Assembly: GCA_016788665.1 (NCBI GenBank) | Contig: JAEUSF010000002.1 | Span: 6,006 to 70,005 of the forward strand | Reading direction: 5' to 3' | Source of the DNA: Candidatus Doudnabacteria bacterium | GTDB taxonomy: Bacteria; Patescibacteriota; Doudnabacteria; UBA920 | Length of the DNA stretch: 64,000 nt | Shown: positions 9,978-17,238 of the stretch, piece by piece | How the letters are laid out: the number at the start of each line of letters is the position of its first letter | Position numbering within the stretch: the first letter of the stretch is position 1 | The notes under the pieces: model-generated | What the model saw: the letters and a program-made list of their open reading frames with translations, nothing else | Databases searched by the model: none | What the model was told of the DNA's origin: nothing | Program-made: the position numbers and the translations under genes

Positions 9978-10232
9978 ATGCCTCATCAAATATGGTGGCT
10001 CATGGGAATCCTAATTGGGCTGGCAGTAGGGTTTTTCATGTTCCTGTTCGGAAAGGAATTCGGCAATTGGGTTTATGCTATAAACCCCGTATCAGCAGCA
10101 ATCCTCTGCCTGATTTGCCTGCTTGCAGGCAGACAACATGGCCTTGCTACGCTTCAAGAAGCGGAGATGTACTCAATTCTGATAGCAGCAGTCGGCAGCA
10201 TTTGCGTACCAATAATACTCACCGATAACTAA
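9978..10232 (+). CDS. Small two-helix membrane protein, hypothetical
   Basis: Hydrophobic 84-aa ORF. Confidence 0.3.
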   Translation: MPHQIWWLMGILIGLAVGFFMFLFGKEFGNWVYAINPVSAAILCLICLLAGRQHGLATLQEAEMYSILIAAVGSICVPIILTDN

Positions 10233-10300
10233 CCCTAGCTTTGGTTAGTTTTTTTATTACCAAAGAGGCCGGCTTTAGTAGCCGGCCTCTTTTAAAATTT

Positions 10301-12988
10301 TTATCCACATTTACTATACCCGCATATTTCGCATTTCATACAACCTTCGGCAAAAATCATCATATTGGCACAAGTAGGACACACAGGAGCATTACCTAAA
10401 TTTGCAATGCTTATGCGCTGGGTCTTTTGAGTAAGCGTTCCGCCATTTAAAGGAACTTGTTTTTGTGACAAGGTTTCAACAACCTTTTCTTGGACTTCTT
10501 CGACCTTAGCCACGACGGGCGAACCACCAAGTTCCTGAATTTTCTGGGAAGGGTCGTTCTCTGGCTGCATTTTCGGCAAAGTTAGCTGCTGCTGTCCACG
10601 CTTGATATGTTTTTCCAAAATTTTTGCCACTGCATCCGGCAAACTAAATACCATACCCTCTTGAGAAAAAGAAACATCCGGCCCGCGTATACCCTTAAGT
10701 TGTGTAATAACTTCTTCTATAGCAATATTAGACCTTAAGGCCAAAGAAATAAGTCTGGTTATGGCTTCGGTCTGGGCACTAAAGAATCCACCCGCCTTCC
10801 CCATTTGTGCAAACACTTCAAATGGTCCATGAGGATCTTCGTTTATAGTAACGTACAAATTTCCGTAAGGCGTATTTATTTTATAGGTTATGCCTAGCAT
10901 AACGTCAGGCCTCTGCCTCGGTGCTATTTTAATTTGCACATTGTCACCAGAAACAGACATAACTTCCTGAATTCGGCTTTCAGTTACAGCCGCTTGTGCT
11001 GCAGCGCTTTTTTTGCTTTCTACCTGTTCTGCGGCGTCTTTGCCAAGCTTTTTATGGTCCGTAGCCAAAATCTGCTCATCCCTGCTGCCGTCCCTATAAA
11101 TAGTTCCGCCCTTACAACCCAAGTCATACATAAGCGTATAAAGCTGCTTAGTCTGTTCTATGCTGTATTCGGAAGGAGCATTAACGGTTTTAGAAATAGC
11201 AGAATCCGTCCATCTTTGCACAGCAGCCTGCACCCTTACATGTTCTTCAGGGGCTAGACTCATGGCAGTGGCAAAATATTTTGGCAACTCAGTCGCTTGG
11301 GGGTTTTTATCTAACCAATCTTGGGCAAGCTTAATTTTTTCCTCATGTACGCCAAGACGAGACTTCCTGTAATACGTCCAAGAAAAGAAAGGTTCAATTC
11401 CGGTTGAAGTACCCACCATAGTGCCTACAGTACCGGTCGGTGCCTGCGTCATAATTGTCACATTTCTTATACCGTATTGCCTGACAAGATCTCTTATATA
11501 TTCAGGCATTTTTTTCATAAACCCGCTTTCCAAAAATCTGGCGGCGTCAAACTTTGAAAAAGCACCCTTTTCCCTTGCCAGCTCAACAGAAGTTTCATAA
11601 GCAGTCACTGCTATAAACTGGTACAGCTTGTCTATAAAATCTACAGCCTCCGGACTTCCATATCTAAGTTTTTTATAAATCAACATTTCGGCAAGACCTA
11701 TAGTACCCATACCAACTCTGCGCTCACTCATTTGCTGGTTTTTGTTCTCTTCAAAGAAATACGGCGTAGCATCAATTACGTTGTCCTGAAATCTAACTGC
11801 GTACTGTACTGTAGTTTTAAGCTCGTCCCATAAAATTTCGCCCGATTCTTTATTTATATGCTTTGCTAAATTCACATGACCCAAATTACATACACCCCAT
11901 GCCGGAAGAGGCTGTTCCCCGCAAGGGTTTGTGCAAGGCAAATGAGAAAAATACCACGAATTAGAAAAGTAATTTGCTCGGTCAATAAAATACATTCCTG
12001 GCTCAGCACTAGACCAGGCGGATTCAATTATATTTGTCCAGACATCTTGCGCCCTTACAGTTTTATGCTTTATAACTTTTCCACCCATTTCTTTCCATTT
12101 TGACATATCTCCATCCCAAAACTGCTCATACAAAGGGTCGTGCGGATCCGGGAAAACCAAATCCCAAGGCCTGTCATTCTTGACCGCTTCCATAAAATCA
12201 TCGGTAATTCCAACGCTAATGTTCGCATTGGTAATTTTACCGGCTTCTTTTTTAGAATTTATAAAATCAACCACATCTGGATGCCACACGTTTAAAATAA
12301 GCATCAACGCGCCTCTTCTTGACCCCCCTTGTTCAATTAAACCGGTAACAAAGCTATACAACGAAGCCCAAGAAACAGAACCTGAAGAACGTCCATTTAC
12401 TCCCTTAACATAAGCGTAGCGTGGCCTTAGTGAAGAAACGTTAATACCAACACCCCCGCCTCTGGACATAATTTCGGCCATTTGCCCCAAAGTATTAAAT
12501 ATTCCATGGCGACTGTCTTTTGGAGATGGTATAACGTAGCAATTATAAAAAGTTAAATTTTGACCGGTACCAGCGCCAGTAAAAATACGCCCAGCTGGTA
12601 CATATTTCCAGTCATCCATAAGTCCGCGAAATTTTACTTCCCATTCCTTTTTCTTTTCCTCTGTTTTTTCAACACTGGCAATATGGCCTGCTATACGCTC
12701 AAACATTTCTTCCGGCTTTGTTTCGAGCGGCTTGTCTATATGCTCTATTGCTCTGTGCTCCAATTGACCGTCACGCATACGCACGTCAACTTCCTTTTTT
12801 TCCAAATCCAAATTTTCTATAATACCAATTTCCCTTTGCCCAGTTTTAGGATTGACCAAAACCACAGCCAAATCACCCACTGCCAAAGTGGTTCGCTTTA
12901 CATCTTTTACCGCATAGCGGTCCAAAAAGATTTTTTCGCCAAGTTCAGATAAGGCATTCTTAGTTCGTGTTTGCAAATTTTCTCTCAT
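10301..12988 (-). CDS. nrdJ: Adenosylcobalamin-dependent (class II) ribonucleotide reductase
   Basis: NPCGEQPLPAWGVCNLGHVNL active-site region and a C-terminal Cys-rich zinc ribbon; 895 aa; adjacent to nrdR and the cobalamin adenosyltransferase. Confidence 0.85.
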   Translation of the reverse strand: MRENLQTRTKNALSELGEKIFLDRYAVKDVKRTTLAVGDLAVVLVNPKTGQREIGIIENLDLEKKEVDVRMRDGQLEHRAIEHIDKPLETKPEEMFERIAGHIASVEKTEEKKKEWEVKFRGLMDDWKYVPAGRIFTGAGTGQNLTFYNCYVIPSPKDSRHGIFNTLGQMAEIMSRGGGVGINVSSLRPRYAYVKGVNGRSSGSVSWASLYSFVTGLIEQGGSRRGALMLILNVWHPDVVDFINSKKEAGKITNANISVGITDDFMEAVKNDRPWDLVFPDPHDPLYEQFWDGDMSKWKEMGGKVIKHKTVRAQDVWTNIIESAWSSAEPGMYFIDRANYFSNSWYFSHLPCTNPCGEQPLPAWGVCNLGHVNLAKHINKESGEILWDELKTTVQYAVRFQDNVIDATPYFFEENKNQQMSERRVGMGTIGLAEMLIYKKLRYGSPEAVDFIDKLYQFIAVTAYETSVELAREKGAFSKFDAARFLESGFMKKMPEYIRDLVRQYGIRNVTIMTQAPTGTVGTMVGTSTGIEPFFSWTYYRKSRLGVHEEKIKLAQDWLDKNPQATELPKYFATAMSLAPEEHVRVQAAVQRWTDSAISKTVNAPSEYSIEQTKQLYTLMYDLGCKGGTIYRDGSRDEQILATDHKKLGKDAAEQVESKKSAAAQAAVTESRIQEVMSVSGDNVQIKIAPRQRPDVMLGITYKINTPYGNLYVTINEDPHGPFEVFAQMGKAGGFFSAQTEAITRLISLALRSNIAIEEVITQLKGIRGPDVSFSQEGMVFSLPDAVAKILEKHIKRGQQQLTLPKMQPENDPSQKIQELGGSPVVAKVEEVQEKVVETLSQKQVPLNGGTLTQKTQRISIANLGNAPVCPTCANMMIFAEGCMKCEICGYSKCG

Positions 12989-13043
12989 ATATTTGTATTT
13001 TTAGTTTATTAGATTCCGATCCTTATCTACCAGATCTTATCCT

Positions 13044-13120
13044 AATCTGCGAATAACTACGGATAAAATAATCTGTAAGCATTCGTAGATCCGGATTGTA
13101 ATATCTGTAAATTCGGATCG
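13044..13120. promoter_or_regulatory. Three imperfect direct repeats (AATCTGYRA...) plus inverted repeat ATCTGCGAAT/ATTCGTAGAT in the nrdR–nrdJ intergenic region; candidate NrdR operator
   Basis: Direct reading; position is upstream of nrdJ; match to the NrdR-box consensus is weak. Confidence 0.3.
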
Positions 13121-13126
13121 GACTTT

Positions 13127-13573
13127 TTATAATTTATTAAGCTCCTCTTTAAACTCTTCCAAGTCCTCAAACTTCCTGTAAACTGCCGCAAACCTTATAT
13201 AAGCAACTTTATCTACTCTCTTTATTTTTTTCATTACTATTTCCCCTATATCACCACTTTTTATCTCGCCATCTTTGGCTTTACGCTGAATTTCTAGCTC
13301 AATTCCCGAAATTAGCTTTTTTACTTCATCATCACTATGAGGCAATTTTTCAAATGCCCGCCTAATACCTCTTTCTAACTTATCTTTGCTAAACAATTCT
13401 TTTTTACCGTCTTTCTTAACAACCGTCATTCCCAAAATTTCTATTTCTTCATAAGTACTAAATCTAAAGCCACATTTTTCGCATTCCCTGCGCCTTCTTA
13501 TAGCGCTACCCTCTTCAACAGGCCTGGAGTCTAAAACCTTAGTATCTTCATTTGTACAATTTATGCATTTCAT
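13127..13573 (-). CDS. nrdR: Transcriptional repressor NrdR
   Basis: MKCINCTNEDTKVLDSRP...CEKCGFRFSTYE zinc ribbon plus ATP-cone. Confidence 0.9.
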   Translation of the reverse strand: MKCINCTNEDTKVLDSRPVEEGSAIRRRRECEKCGFRFSTYEEIEILGMTVVKKDGKKELFSKDKLERGIRRAFEKLPHSDDEVKKLISGIELEIQRKAKDGEIKSGDIGEIVMKKIKRVDKVAYIRFAAVYRKFEDLEEFKEELNKL

Positions 13574-13652
13574 TGAATTTTGTTGGTGTTTTTACCCAGA
13601 AAGGGATTTTAAAGGAGTTTTTATTTCTCTACATCTAGTATATCGCCGCTTT

Positions 13653-13679
13653 TATATAATACTACAGGTAGTATTATAT
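13653..13679. promoter_or_regulatory. Palindrome TATATAATACTA-cagg-TAGTATTATAT, about 80 bp upstream of nrdR
   Basis: 12/11-bp inverted repeat containing TATAAT in both orientations. Confidence 0.35.
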
Positions 13680-13810
13680 GCCTAATTTAAAAAATACTGA
13701 AAAAATCTAGAAATTCTTTTAAGCAACTAAAAGTTATCCCCAAACTTACCACAGTTTTAACCCCACAGCACCCATCGCTGGGTTAAAAAGCCTAATTTTG
13801 AGTAAAATAA

Positions 13811-13834
13811 AACCTTGTTTACAAACAAGGTTTT
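13811..13834. terminator. Rho-independent terminator (AACCTTGTTT aca AAACAAGGTT)
   Basis: 10-bp perfect stem, directly after the stop of the 13838-15142 gene, flanked by A/T runs. Confidence 0.7.
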
Positions 13835-13837
13835 ATT

Positions 13838-15142
13838 TTACTTCATAAAGTCTGCAATCTCTTCCTCAACCAGCGGGGCAGGAAGCCCATAAGCAAGGCT
13901 ATTTAAAAGCTTTATGCTATGAACATTATCGCTCCCCTCTGCTACAGGCGGCAAACTAACGCCCGAAAACGGATTGCTGGTCTTCCCGTCTATAAGAAGC
14001 TTTATGAAAAAATTGTATTTGGGTAAGTCAACAAAATCCTGTTTCTTCAAAGGATAAAACTCTTTGGAAAGACTCTCGGCATCTTCTGCTCCAATTTCAA
14101 AGGCCATTAAAGTCCCCACGTTACCCAATACCGCTTCCTGCATTTTTACAGGCAATTGAGCAAAATACTGGTTGGTTAAATGCACACCCAGCCCGTATTT
14201 TCTTGACTCAGAAAGCATACTAGCAAAAGCATCTGTAACCATATTCTGGAACTCGTCCACATACAAATAAAAGGGGTAACGCTTCTCGGCAGGCACAGCG
14301 CTTCTTTTCAATACCGCTGCCTGTAACTTAGCCACCAAAATTAACCCCAGCATCTGCGCATTCATGTCGCCCAACTTACCCTTTGACAAATCTACCAACA
14401 AAACTTTTTCACCGTCTAAAATTTTCTCAAAACTAAAAGACGACTTCCTTTGCCCAATTATATTGCGCATAAGTCGATTGTTCAAAAAATGTCCGAACTT
14501 GGAAGTGAAGTAGTTTAGCATTTCAGATTTATGGAAGTCTGAAGTACTAGCCATTTGTTTTTGCCAGAAATCCTGCACCATCGGATCTTTTACATACTGT
14601 CTTTTTTTCAATTCAAACCTTTTATCAATAAATAGCTTTGGAATCTCTAACAAGCTACCACCCTCCGGACCGGCCATGACCGTTAAAGCAGCTGACCTAA
14701 GCCAGTGCTCAAACTGAGGACCAATAACACCAGTTTTTTCTGGGTCAAAAATTTTATAAAATATTTCTATAACTTGTGCGACTAAAAAATCCCTCTCCCT
14801 TTCTTCGGAAGCCTCAAGCAAATTCAGCCCAAAAGGATTCTCGGCATCCGAGGGGTCAAAAAGTATAACATTTTCCATATGACTTTTGGGTATTCTTTTT
14901 AAAATCCACGAAATAGACTCTCCGTGCGGATCAATAAAACATACTCCCCGATGGTTTAAAATATCCTGCAAACACATATTCTGAAAAACAGTGGATTTAC
15001 CCACCCCGGTTTTACCCAGCATATACATATGCCGAAGCCTATCCTGATCTTTTAGCAAAATAGGAGTCTCGTTCCCTCTATATATATTTGTTCCAAGTTG
15101 GACGGTCATAAGAAAATTAAAAATGTAAAATGATGAATGCAA
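13838..15142 (-). CDS. P-loop ATPase of the VirD4/TraG/TraD (T4SS coupling protein) superfamily, lacking an N-terminal membrane anchor
   Basis: Walker A LGKTGVGKST followed by FIDPHGE, and a Walker B-like YLYVDEFQN; TraG-D_C-like layout. Confidence 0.45.
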   Translation of the reverse strand: MHSSFYIFNFLMTVQLGTNIYRGNETPILLKDQDRLRHMYMLGKTGVGKSTVFQNMCLQDILNHRGVCFIDPHGESISWILKRIPKSHMENVILFDPSDAENPFGLNLLEASEERERDFLVAQVIEIFYKIFDPEKTGVIGPQFEHWLRSAALTVMAGPEGGSLLEIPKLFIDKRFELKKRQYVKDPMVQDFWQKQMASTSDFHKSEMLNYFTSKFGHFLNNRLMRNIIGQRKSSFSFEKILDGEKVLLVDLSKGKLGDMNAQMLGLILVAKLQAAVLKRSAVPAEKRYPFYLYVDEFQNMVTDAFASMLSESRKYGLGVHLTNQYFAQLPVKMQEAVLGNVGTLMAFEIGAEDAESLSKEFYPLKKQDFVDLPKYNFFIKLLIDGKTSNPFSGVSLPPVAEGSDNVHSIKLLNSLAYGLPAPLVEEEIADFMK

Positions 15143-15197
15143 AATGCAAAATTAATGCAACAATAAATAATTCTGCATTCTCAATTGTAACTTCTGC
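15121..15197. repeat. Heptad-period degenerate tandem repeats (AAAATGA/TGAATGC/AAAATGC...)
   Basis: 7-bp periodicity, direct reading. Confidence 0.5.
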
Positions 15198-15202
15198 ATT
15201 AG

Positions 15203-15511
15203 TCATCTTTCTCCAAAAAACTTCTGGTCAAAAAAGTAGGTGCTTAATACATTTGAATACCGAGCCCGCACAGCATCTTCTGCATTCTGCAAATTTAGTA
15301 ACTTTTCCAAAGTTTTCTTTTCGGTAAGCAACTTTTCCTCCACCTGATGAAAAAGCTTTAGGCTCAACTCATTTTTCAAGCTTGAAAGCTCCAGAAAGCG
15401 TTTTTTGTACAAAGCAGTTACCTGTTCTTGGTCTAAAGCACCCCTTGTGTAAACAACATGGCCTTCCCCTTTTTTATTATCGCTGACAGATTTTATTATT
15501 TCGTTGTTCAT
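15203..15511 (-). CDS. Hypothetical coiled-coil protein; overlaps the downstream Clp-like gene by 4 nt
   Basis: ORF; the overlap suggests translational coupling. Confidence 0.4.
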   Translation of the reverse strand: MNNEIIKSVSDNKKGEGHVVYTRGALDQEQVTALYKKRFLELSSLKNELSLKLFHQVEEKLLTEKKTLEKLLNLQNAEDAVRARYSNVLSTYFFDQKFFGER

Positions 15512-17166
15512 TGAAGTAATTTTTGAGTAATTAAATTTTCACAAACTTCTTCGACAAAACGCTTCACCGGCCTTGCTCCAAAACGAGGATCCGCCATTTG
15601 TTGCAGTTTGGCCTTTAAAGCCTCACGACTGACATTAAACTTTATTTTATGCTCGCTCATTCGCTTCTCGATTTTAGCAATTTCCAAAAGCGCAATATCC
15701 GTAAGGTCTTCTGCGCTCAGAGGCTTGTAAACCAGAATTGCGTCAAACCTATTTATAAATTCCATTCTCAAATACTTTAAAAGAGCGGGTATAATCTTAT
15801 GTTTTAAAAACTCTTCACTATGAACGTCTTCGCCCTGTTCCACTCCCTCTAAAATTTCTTGCACTGCCATATTGGAAGTTGCCACAATTATACCCTGGCT
15901 TAAATCAACCACCTCGCCTCGAGCGGAAGTAATGCGCCCGTCATCTAAGATCTGTAAAAAAATGTCAAAAATTTTACTATGGGCTTTTTCTATTTCATCC
16001 AACAGCAAAAGACTGTACGGATAATTTTTAAAATGGTTGGTAAGCTGCCCGCCCTCTTCATACCCTACATAGCCCGCAGGACTGCCCAAAAGCCTGGACG
16101 TGTCGTGAGGCTGGCTAAATTCCGACATATCTACCCTTAAGAAATTTTTGTCGGAGCCGTACAAATTTTCCGCCAAAATTTTCGCTGTTTCGGTTTTACC
16201 TACGCCTGACGGACCCAAAACCAAAAAGGAGCCGAGCGGCTTATGCTGAGTACGTAACCCCAACGCCGCACGAGTTATAACCGAAGTCATTTTATAAATT
16301 GCATTTTGCTGACCCACCACTTTAGACACCAAAACACTAGGTAAATTTTTAAGCATTTCTTTATCGTCGCTTCCTCTGTTTAAAGGCACCCCTGTTTTCT
16401 CTGTTGCAATTTTTTCCACCAAACTTTTTTCAATAAAGGGCGTTTGTATATTTATGCCTTTTGCCTCTGCCACACATTCGTCTAAAAGCTGAATTGCGCT
16501 TTTTGGCATTTGTCCCAAAACCGGAAAACGCTTGCAAATTTTTAAAATCATTTCCAAAACCCCTGGCTGCAAATCAACCGACTTTGAAAACTTCTCAAAA
16601 TAATTTTTCAAAATATCCAGCTGCTCAGTTTCAGACAGTCCTTCAAGTTTTAAAATCTCAAAATGGCTTAAGAAATGACTTTTGTTTGCTCTAAGCCACT
16701 CCAACTCGTCAGGCTGCATTGTTAAAACCATACTAATATCATCTTTGAAAAACAAAGGCTTGAGTACAGTATTCCAATTCTGCAAAGCCTGCGGGTTTTG
16801 GTATATCATTTCACCAAAGCTGTCCAAGACCACAATTGTGTCTTTAAGGGAATTAAAAGCCTCCTGATAGACCTGCAAAGATGTCGTGGGCAGCTGGCCA
16901 ATCTTTTGCAAAGTTCCAGAATCAAGCATGACCATTTTTTTCTTTAAAAACAAAGGACTAGGTGCGGCTATTTGAGCCCAAGCAAAAACCAACGAAGTCT
17001 TGCCTACGCCGGAAGGTGCGGACAATATGACATTGTGCTGCAAACTTCGAAGCAAAATTCGGCTTAAACGATCACTTTCTTTACCAAAACCAAAAACCTT
17101 AGGCAAACGATTAAATTTGCTTTCCAATCTCAGATCAAAATATCCAATTTTAGAAAATTCTATCAC
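15508..17166 (-). CDS. Compact two-domain AAA+ ATPase of the ClpA/ClpB/ClpC family (short D1, complete D2)
   Basis: D1 Walker A SAPSGVGKTS; D2 GPSGVGKTETAK...LLLLDEIEKAH...SNMA sensor region. Confidence 0.6.
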   Translation of the reverse strand: MIEFSKIGYFDLRLESKFNRLPKVFGFGKESDRLSRILLRSLQHNVILSAPSGVGKTSLVFAWAQIAAPSPLFLKKKMVMLDSGTLQKIGQLPTTSLQVYQEAFNSLKDTIVVLDSFGEMIYQNPQALQNWNTVLKPLFFKDDISMVLTMQPDELEWLRANKSHFLSHFEILKLEGLSETEQLDILKNYFEKFSKSVDLQPGVLEMILKICKRFPVLGQMPKSAIQLLDECVAEAKGINIQTPFIEKSLVEKIATEKTGVPLNRGSDDKEMLKNLPSVLVSKVVGQQNAIYKMTSVITRAALGLRTQHKPLGSFLVLGPSGVGKTETAKILAENLYGSDKNFLRVDMSEFSQPHDTSRLLGSPAGYVGYEEGGQLTNHFKNYPYSLLLLDEIEKAHSKIFDIFLQILDDGRITSARGEVVDLSQGIIVATSNMAVQEILEGVEQGEDVHSEEFLKHKIIPALLKYLRMEFINRFDAILVYKPLSAEDLTDIALLEIAKIEKRMSEHKIKFNVSREALKAKLQQMADPRFGARPVKRFVEEVCENLITQKLLQ

Positions 17167-17238
17167 CTTTTTTTATCCCTTCCATCTTCTTACAATTATT
17201 TTCCCAGCTCCATGTTATAAGCTCCATGTTACATGTTA

